Source: Conidiobolus incongruus B7586
Lineage: Eukaryota
Length of the DNA stretch: 20,000 bases
Assembly: GCA_000697335.1 (NCBI GenBank)
Contig: JNEM01006591.1
Location: 44,750 to 64,749 of the forward strand
Direction of reading: 5' to 3'
Position 1 is the first letter of the stretch. Every line of letters starts with the position of its first letter. The notes under the pieces are model-generated. The model saw only the letters and a list, made by a program, of their open reading frames with translations. It was not told the origin of the DNA and did not search any database. The position numbers and the translations under genes were made by a program. This document shows positions 11,392 through 20,000 of the stretch, piece by piece.

Positions 11392-11468
11392 TGATTGGTT
11401 CAAACTCACATCTCTTAACAAAATCAAATGGGATAAAATTTCACCTTTAAATGATTTAATTAATTGGT
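11392..11468 (-). promoter_or_regulatory. Two CCAAT-box (Hap2/3/5, NF-Y) sites matching TNATTGGT upstream of RIP1
   Basis: TGATTGGT at 11392-11399 and TAATTGGT at 11461-11468, about 105 and 175 bp upstream of the RIP1 ATG. This matches the yeast Hap-complex consensus for respiratory genes. Confidence 0.6.
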
Positions 11469-13722
11469 TTATTAAATTTTGGGTTCATATGAGATAAGAT
11501 TTATTATCATTGATTCAATCAAAATCAAATCTAATCAAATCAATTCACAAATGTATCAATCATTTATTATATTCATATGGTATATTGTTTATTAACCATT
11601 TGTAAAATTATTTCATAATATTTGATGATTAAGTATTAATATTTATAAATATATACTAAATTTTTATACATACTACTTAAAGTATTATCATCAAAATTTT
11701 TATTTTTATCAAATTATTGATTTGATTCAGTAAAACTGACCATTTAAACCAATGAAAGTTATTTGATAATCTTTAATATATTCGATTATGTGTTAATTCT
11801 TCAATGATAATATTTTATAATATATAAATCCATTCAAAATTATTTATTAAATTAACTAAAATTAGTATATTACTATTAAAATTAAAATGTTTGGTTGCAA
11901 AATAATTTACAGTGTATTTATGGATATAAAATAGGCTGGATCAGATAATTATAAAGTTTATTTAATTAATCCAAATATCTAATGTTTAGGTAATTAATTT
12001 AAATATTGGAAAATATAAAAATGTAATTTAACATTTCATTCCGAATAGAATTTTTAATTTTTTAATATACCAATATGAATCAAATATTAAATTTTTATCA
12101 AAGTCGCAAAATACGCTAATTTTTTTCCCGTAATAAATATGGTTAATGATTATGGGATTTTTTTTCATATAGAAATGGATTAAATTTGTTATTATTGTGG
12201 GGCTTTATAAGTAAATTTCTAATAATATTTTAAAAATATTTGTGTTAAATGTTATAAATTTAGAATATAAAAAACGAATAACTTATTGTAGATATTATAT
12301 TATTAGTTAAACCTATATTTAAACCAGTATGTTGTTATCAAAATGCTGATTTGCAGTTTTTATTCAAAATTCCAGAATTTGATTGTAATTCGAATGAAAA
12401 TTCTCTTTGCTCAATTCAATAATATAGAAATATAAATTTATAATACATTAAGTTCTATTAAAAACCAAATATTGATTAAGAAACATTTAGTTTATAAACC
12501 ATTTATTCATTATTATTATTGTTATTATTATCAGATTATATTAGTAAAGAAAATGTTTCCTTATTAGGATTTTCAATTATTTTAAGAATCTAAAAATCAA
12601 TTCAATTGAATTTTAGTGAATATTTGAATTTATTATATTGGATTTGCATATATTTATATAATTTCTGTAAACCATCACCGATTATATTAAAATCATGATA
12701 TTATTATGTGAATCCAATTAATTCAATTCATAGTAACTGTGTCATTAGATTTGTAATTCTTTACCTCATTTTAGACTTGAAAAATTATTATAAAACCTGT
12801 AATTTATTCAATTTTAAATATTCTTTATTTGATAAGGTATATATGTAAATAAAAGTTCATTCTACACCGATTATACGCTTAACAAAATAAGAATTTTATT
12901 TTGGTAAATACGTTCAAAGAAATTTGGAATAGTTTAATTCGATTGATTATATAATTATTGGAGTATCATGTATCAAAGAATGATTTAATGAATGTTGCTT
13001 AATTGAAAGGATCGAATAAATGAATATTCAACGCATATAGCAATCAACTACCATATCAACAAATATTTTAAAGTGAAAATAGTATATTGAGTTTTAACTT
13101 TTGATGTAGAATATTCTTGAAGACATAATATCGCTATTAAAATATATCAATTAAAAAATTTTCTTCCTGCTAAGTTTGAGATCATTGAGTAAAATATAAT
13201 AAATCATAATAAGAATGCAAATAATCAATAAATTGAAGTTAGTGAAATAATTGAAACAGTTTAAATATAGACAGTTTGAGCATTAAGACTGGGATTCGAT
13301 GAGATATAACTGATAGTAATGTATCATCATTTTATATTATTATCAATTTAATAATATTTTTATTTTTCTCTGACCAATTAACTTAATTTATATTAGCCAA
13401 TTAAGATCTATCAATCAATTTCAAATCAAGATTTGATCCAATCAATGGTTACAAATTTAAAAACTGTCAAAAGTTTTAATTATTCAATTTAATATAAATT
13501 TATTCATTGAAACGACTAGCAAAGTGTCAAGTGAATCTCCTCAATTATTTAAATACCTTCAAATCACAAAACTTGTTCAATTTTCTTTCAATTATATTGC
13601 TTCGGAGTTTTATTTGCTGTTGAGTTACTATTATTCCTTCATTCTCTTTTCTCTCTATAATTTAACCTCGACCTTCTTTATAATCGCTGACGTGAGGTTT
13701 TTCATCAAGGTTTTGCATATAG

Positions 13723-13773
13723 GTAGAAGGATTGGTAGTCGGGAGAGATACAGCATTACTAACTATTGTTTAG
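13723..13773 (+). other. Putative 5'-UTR intron upstream of the 14058 gene
   Basis: AG|GTAGAA donor, perfect TACTAAC branch point (13757-13763) and TTTAG acceptor. The 51-nt length matches other introns here, and a CT-rich tract precedes it (about 13630-13680). GTGAGG at 13692 is an alternative donor. Confidence 0.45.
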
Positions 13774-14057
13774 AGCTTGTGATTTGATATTATTACTTGA
13801 GAGAAAAGCTTAAATCTATCATAAAATCATCCTTAAACAAATATTTCAAATAGCATCAAGTTTTATTTTGTAATATTCAACAATTAAATTTGAGACAACA
13901 GATTTTGGTTGTTCTTTTAGAATTATTTGTTTAACCATCATTGCTTTAATATAATTATACATCTTATATATTGAGGGATTTAAATATACAAATATATACA
14001 CATCAGGATCTTGGGATATTATAGAGTTTTTATTTATTGTATATAGTCACAACTTTA

Positions 14058-15128
14058 ATGAAATTCAAAGGAATAATTTGGATCCTACTTCAACTGGATT
14101 CGATTTTGCCTATTCAATTGAGTTATCCATATCAACTTCGAAATCTTCCTTCAGATCTCATCTACTCGTATCTGACAAACTGGCAAGCTCAGCATGAAGC
14201 ACCTCGAAATCAGTGGAATCAACAACTTGCAAAAGATCCAAACCATGATGATAATCAATCAAAGGAAGCTGATGATATGCCAAAATCGATACGACCAATA
14301 CAAACTCAGTCCAAGAATCCACAGTCACAGAGTTCAAAAATCCAAAGTCCCACCAAGAACGCTGCCCAACAGCCGATAGCTAATGCAATCAAATCATCGA
14401 AGTCAGAATTAGATGAGCAGTTAGATAAACTAAAACAGACCAAGATCTTTTTAGAAAAAAGCGATAGATCATTAATTCAAAGTAATCAATTGTTCTGTAT
14501 ACTAAGAGCATAGATACTAAAATTATACTTTAGCTTCTAACGGATGCGCTTGTTTGCCGAGTGATTTAGCATGTAATAATGAGTGTATTCAACAGAGAAT
14601 GCTACAACAAGGTAATTTTACCATTATCTGATTTCTATCAAATTGATTAATAGATTTGGTTTAGCTTCGAACGTAATTGGATGTATGACAGCTTGCGCTC
14701 AACAGAGTTTAAATGTTATTCAATCTTGTATGTTGGGATGCTCCAATGTATACTATGCCCAAGTCACTGCATCTATACCAACACCAGTCACAGAGACGCC
14801 ATCATCATCGAGTTCGAGTAGTACTTCCCAATCTAGCTCCTCTTCAACCTCACAGGAATCTTCGTCAACATCCACTTCTCAAAGTTCAACGCCTACAGAA
14901 TCTTCATCAATAACATCATCCTCGTCTTCATCTTCATCGGAAACTCCCACACCTACCTCATCCGCAAGTTCAACGCCAACGCCTACCATTGGCGCGAGCT
15001 CCAACATCAACGGAACCGTAGACGGCAGGGAGGACGATGATGACGATGACTCGGGAACTATGGAGGGAGTGACACATACGACGCTATTAGTCATGATAAC
15101 TACATTATTAACACTCTTTGTTATATAA
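14058..15128 (+). CDS. Hypothetical secreted, probably GPI-anchored protein (321 aa): Q/S/P-rich region, 8-Cys domain, Ser/Thr stalk, hydrophobic tail
   Basis: Exons 14058-14481, 14534-14611, 14665-15128 total 966 nt in frame. N-terminus MKFKGIIWILLQL (modest signal peptide); Cys domain GCACLPSDLACNNEC...GCMTAC-x9-CMLGC; long S/T tract; DDDDDDSG then TLLVMITTLLTLFVI*. Confidence 0.75.
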
Positions 15129-15317
15129 CATAACTCAACATTCCACCACCATCAATTATTAGACAGGATTCAAATGATTTTGAAAATCATTTACAGTATA
15201 ATTAAAATATATAATGAATTAATATATAATATATATTAAGCTAATAAAGTTAAATGTTTGGCTATTTTGATGTGTCAATATATCTTATTAAACTTAGCTT
15301 TAATACTTTTTTTGCAG

Positions 15318-16220
15318 TTAGAAGCATAGATGGTATAAAATTACTATTGTCATGAATAAAATTGATATTATATAGAATTGCAATTAAGAGCCTTTATCAC
15401 CAAATACTCTATGGAATTTTTCAATGTCTATATTGTTATAATAGTGATTGTCAAGCCAGCTCATACTTTGGAACAATTGACTGTGGCAGCTAATAAAGCA
15501 TCGATAGAATTCGATTAATGTTATTCCAGTCAGGTTGCAAATGTGTAATTAGTGTTGGAATATTTCCTGGCTCCTTAACGTGGTCAAATGGTAGTAGATG
15601 TACACAATATCAACACCAATTCTGGTAAGGTTTAATGCTGTTGAAAAAATTTGTTCATAGTTATTATAATCCAATGCTTCCTTCACTTGACTTGTCAGTA
15701 ATTATACTTGCCATTGATATACACTGTGACATTATCAAGCCTTGAAAGGACAAATGGATAATACATAATCACCATAAGATCTTTCACCAACTCACTTACC
15801 AAGTATACCCTAATACATACCGGAATACTCTTGCAAGAATCTTCTTCAAATTTTTCAGTGATTGAAGTCACATAGACCAATTTTCAATCTAGCTTACATC
15901 TAGTTTTACAAAACTCCTCTCCTCGATGTCCTTCACATTCTCAATCTTATTGTTGTTTTTGATAGCATCATTTGGTGTTATCTACTGGTGCTCATTAGAA
16001 GTTTTGAACAAAATGCTAAAAATATTTTCTGTTAATAAATGATTCTTTGACATGTATAGAGTATATGGAAACGATAATTCATTTTAGATTTAATCCAATG
16101 ACTAATTATTCAAATCCTTGTTATTGAATTATCTCATGATATCATTGAGCAAATCGTTTATAATATTAGGCTCACTGATCATTAAATTAAAATAATAAAA
16201 CTGAAAACAAATCCAATCAT
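15318..16220 (-). pseudogene. Full-length decayed paralog of the 17458-18399 Cys-rich surface protein gene
   Basis: Collinear from ATG (16220) to TAA (15318) with the neighbour, but with multiple stops and frameshifts. Matches: NIFSILFKT/NIFDTLFKT; ECEGHRGEEFCKTRC/GCDGCRGDQLCQTRC; DSCKSIPVCIRV/DSCGPVPGCVRI; SRLDN/FRLDN; GARKYS/GARKCS; GITLIEFYRCFISC/GITINEFYSCYINC; WLDNH..NIDIEKF/WLTNH..NIDLEKF; ILYHLCF*/TLYHLIY*. Confidence 0.9.
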
Positions 16221-17457
16221 CTTGAAAATTTCCTAATAGTATAAATAATAAAATATTGACATCCAATACTACTATAGAGAATAGTGCTAAAACATACCTT
16301 TAAACATTGAATATGATTATGAAATTTAATAATCGAACAATTGATCTCAGATGGACTATCAGCCAGAGTAGGTTCAGATATTTTATACAGTGTTTTATAT
16401 GAGCTTATTGAGTTTTTAAAGAGCGAAAATACATTTAATAATGTTGATAAGCTTGTAAATTATATTAAAGATAAAATAAAAGTTGATTTGAGAATATCAC
16501 ATAAACTATATAATTGATAATATTAACTAAAATATGATTGAAATATTTTGATTAAAACGAAATTTGAAAATAATTATATATAATTTAAAATCATTATTCT
16601 ATTAGCTTAACAATACATAAACATATATAATATATGCTTTTTTGAAATACATTTATTTAAATGTATAATCCTCTATTCAAATAATTTTGGTTTTATTAGT
16701 TTCAATCATTGTGATAAATATATACTCAAGTAAAAGTTTATTATTAGTAAATTATAAGAATAAAAGTATAATCCTTGATTTATTTTTGAAATTATTCAAA
16801 CTTATAATTAATTTTCTATCTAAAATGAAAAGTTAATTTAATTTCATATTCAGAATAAAAAATTATTATTATTGAAAATCAGATATTATTGATTTTAAAG
16901 TAACAATAATGTTGGATATTAGCATTAATATAAAATCGACCATTGATCTGAATTAATATATGGAAAATTTACCAGTTATTACTGTTTGTTTTCTATATTA
17001 ATTACCTTAGATAAAGTGCTCACAAATATTATATAAAATTTTTATGATTGTTCAAATTTTAAAACATAATAATTATACTCTTCTTTTATTACCACTTTAA
17101 TGATCATTTTCAAACTTTATTATTTCATTAATAAATTTTATTATTAACGATTAAGGAAATACAAAATTTAATTGTCAATGTAATAATTCATTAATTTATA
17201 GATTGTCTCCAATTTTTATGAACAAATTATTACTACAGTTCTAAATTTTTGTTTACAAAAATTTGAGACAATCAATCAATCAATTATTTTATGAAACGTT
17301 GCCTTTATTCAAAATTAGAGGTATTATAATTTTAATTGAGTATTTTGTAAAATTATTATATAAAGAGAAAAATTTGAAATTACTAAAATATTTGATATCA
17401 AATTAGTTATTAGTAGTTAGTTTTATTCATAGCTGGTATGATGGTGTTAACATTAAT

Positions 17458-18399
17458 TTAATAGATAAGATGATATAATGTGACTAGTGAAACTATCAGT
17501 ATGGATAGTGTACTAGATTGGAAGTGATGGCCTTCAGAAAATAGTTTGTCGAATTTTTCAAGATCTATATTGTGACCTCTATGGTTGGTGAGCCAGCCCA
17601 TAGCATAAAACATTTGTATGTAGCAATTTATATAGCAAGAGTAGAATTCATTGATCGTTATTCCGGGCTTGCTAGCAGAAGTACACTTTTGGTGCGAGCA
17701 TTTCCTGGCACCTGTAATACGATCCATCGGTAGCTGGGACAGGGACTGCCAGCACTGATCTTCGTATGATTCGATATTGTTGAAGCAATCTCGTTCGCAG
17801 CTCGAATAGTCACCAGATTTCTTGCATTGAACCGCGCAGTTGGTATACTTGCGACCAACATTAATTGTGCAATTGTCGAGTCTGAAGAGTGCATACTGAT
17901 ATGCTGCAATGGTTGGAGGATCTTTAATAAATTCTCTGATAATGCATATTCTGACACATCCAGGAACCGGCCCACAGGAATCTCCACAAAATTTAACAAT
18001 AACAGGGTTGTCCTGAAGCATTTTGTGCTCTAGTTCGCACCTCGTTTGACATAACTGATCCCCTCGACATCCATCACATCCTAAATCTTTACTGAGATTC
18101 TTTTTAATGACTGCAACTGGTATCAGCTTTGGTTCTTCTTTTTGAGTTTTAAATAGCGTGTCAAAAATATTACTGGAAGATGTGGGATTTTTTGAAGTAG
18201 CTTTAGAGATGGATGCGGATGCGGTTGATGTAGGTGTTGGTTTGCTCTTAGTTGTAGTTGATGTAGGAGTGGACCTTGAACTTTGACTATTGAATTCACT
18301 CTTGATTGCGTCCATCAGACCTCTAAATAGTGGGTTTGGATTTGCCCTAACCATACATGTTATCAATAACCATTGAATAAACCAAGCAAACCATATCAT
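17458..18399 (-). CDS. Hypothetical secreted, probably GPI-anchored Cys-rich protein (313 aa, intronless)
   Basis: Uninterrupted GC-elevated ORF. It has a signal peptide (MIWFAWFIQWLLITCMVRA), an S/T/K-rich spacer, 18 Cys mostly in CxxxC pairs, and a C-terminal hydrophobic tail (STLSILIVSLVTLYHLIY) with no cytosolic residues. Conservation with the adjacent pseudogene confirms the frame. Confidence 0.85.
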   Translation of the reverse strand: MIWFAWFIQWLLITCMVRANPNPLFRGLMDAIKSEFNSQSSRSTPTSTTTKSKPTPTSTASASISKATSKNPTSSSNIFDTLFKTQKEEPKLIPVAVIKKNLSKDLGCDGCRGDQLCQTRCELEHKMLQDNPVIVKFCGDSCGPVPGCVRICIIREFIKDPPTIAAYQYALFRLDNCTINVGRKYTNCAVQCKKSGDYSSCERDCFNNIESYEDQCWQSLSQLPMDRITGARKCSHQKCTSASKPGITINEFYSCYINCYIQMFYAMGWLTNHRGHNIDLEKFDKLFSEGHHFQSSTLSILIVSLVTLYHLIY

Positions 18400-20000
18400 C
18401 TTTCCAATTCTTAAACTTATATTACAAACTAATTAAAAATTCAAACACTTCAAACCACCAACAGAGAAAAGATTAAAATCAAAAAAGTTGTGTTAATAAA
18501 AGTGCTTGATCATTTAAATAAATAGCAGATTCATCATAACGGTGGGTATTAAACCAAAAAATATGAAACTTAAATTGATTTAATGTCATGCAATCATCTT
18601 GATTGGTTTGATATATTAGAATCTTCCTTTCAAAATTATCACAAGCTTATTAATTGTTATTGTCTTGAAGTAGTGTAATTAGTCGCATTGTAATAACTAA
18701 ATTTTATTCTATACTTGGTTACTGTTTTAATACATGACTAAAGATAAATTTAATCTTTCAAGTTATCAATATCTCTTTTCACAAGAATAAATTCAAAATT
18801 ATAAGTATTGAATGAATTACAATGCTCAGATTGGAAAATTAAGGGATTAATATATTCAATATACTATCTATTTATTTCAAAATAATATATATGTTCAATA
18901 AACTAAATCGCCTAATTCGGTATTTCGCTACCTTTTCAAATAATCGGCATTATTCTTGAACTGCTTAAATTTTATTACTTCAAAAATTTATAAATCGAAC
19001 GATATTTAGATGTATTATTAATTAGTTGGTCCAACCGTATGTACCGAAACTATCATATGATATTTCTTTATTAATATATAGTTCGAACTTTTTCTTAATT
19101 GAAAATATATATTTCAACAAATGATATATATAAAAACTGATTTTTAAGTTTATTGTTTATTGATTTAAATATCATAATTTTATTTTATAAGATTTTTAAT
19201 TCTGAATTATTCAATTTTAATATATTATTCTTATTATTTTTATATAACTTATTTTAATTCTAATACTTATATTTTGTAATATCAAATTTTTAATTATAGT
19301 TTAAATATTTTGATACCAGGAGGCAAGAAAATCATTAATTTATTTTATATAATTTTTTGATTAAATTTTATTAATTTATTGAATAAAAAATTAGTTATTT
19401 TAAAAAAATTATGACTATTTTATAAAGTTAATTCAATAATATTAATATAGAAATAAAGAATTAAATAAATATAATATATAATACTTGGTATAAAGAGTAT
19501 TAAGCAAAGATCAGTACCATATATTACTTATTATTATTGATATATTAAGATATATTTGATATCATGATCATATATATCATTTTATTTTTTTGGCTGATTA
19601 ATCATTAGCTCTAAAAATTAATATATTAAAATACTCAATATTTAAATATCATAAAAATTAATCATTTAATAATTTTTTTATATGGATATAATTATAATAT
19701 TATTTTGAAATAATAAAAATAATTTAGTTTTAATTGTTATATTATATAGAATTTAATTAATATCCTAATTTATAATAAAATATTTTTTTATAACAATAAA
19801 TTTATAATATTTTATATTCTATTAACTCCATTTATTATAAATTCTTTTTAAACATTGTTTTTATATTTTATTTTGAATTCACTTTAATTAAATATTAATT
19901 TAAATCAAAAAATGATAAATTTTATAATATCTGATCTTTGAAGTAATTTATTAGTTTTGAAAATTTTATTATATATTAAATATATAAAAGAATAAATATT

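Noticed and set aside
13524..13787. 87-aa GTG-start ORF
   Set aside because: Its F/L/S/Y bias reflects a pyrimidine-rich promoter or UTR; it has no ATG start and spans a probable intron.
14194..15094. ORFs 14194-14379, 14713-14913, 14879-15094
   Set aside because: These are shadows of the low-complexity exons of the 14058 gene.
16323..16517. Stop-free 64-codon + frame (IEQLISDGLSARVGSDILYSVLYELIEFLK...)
   Set aside because: It has no in-frame ATG, splice context or recognisable motif, and a few such frames are expected by chance in this much intergenic DNA.
17658..18033. ORFs 17658-17999 and 17827-18033
   Set aside because: These are shadows of the 313-aa gene, whose frame is confirmed by the paralogous pseudogene.
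19549..19578. Imperfect 12-bp inverted repeat GATATATTTGAT...ATCATATATATC
   Set aside because: It is low-complexity sequence in extremely AT-rich DNA, with no TSD or element body.
19080..20000. Extremely AT-rich terminal tract as a possible centromere or origin
   Set aside because: Its composition is similar to other intergenic stretches in the window, and it has no diagnostic motif or repeat.

Overview
AT-rich eukaryotic DNA, most likely from an aerobic early-diverging fungus. This is inferred from short 45-75 nt GT..AG introns with CTAAY-type branch points, very AT-rich intergenic DNA and a respiratory complex III gene. Manual splicing gives six intact genes and one pseudogene. (1) A head-to-head pair of 8-exon HSDL2-like short-chain dehydrogenase paralogs (80-1342 minus; 3490-4709 plus) with identical intron positions; only the first ends in a PTS1 (-ARL), the second stops one residue short (-AK). 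(2) An 11-exon ER glucosidase I (GH63, CWH41/MOGS; 5603-8758) with several acidic or His-rich insertions. (3) Mitochondrial Rieske protein RIP1 (10404-11288 minus, 2 exons) with two TNATTGGT boxes upstream. (4) A cluster of unannotated, putatively GPI-anchored proteins built from CxxxC-pair motifs: a 3-exon gene (14058-15128 plus), an intronless gene (17458-18399 minus) and, between them, a full-length decayed tandem paralog of the latter (15318-16220 minus), of which the ORF track shows only a 61-aa fragment. No RNA genes, CRISPR arrays or recognisable mobile elements were found.
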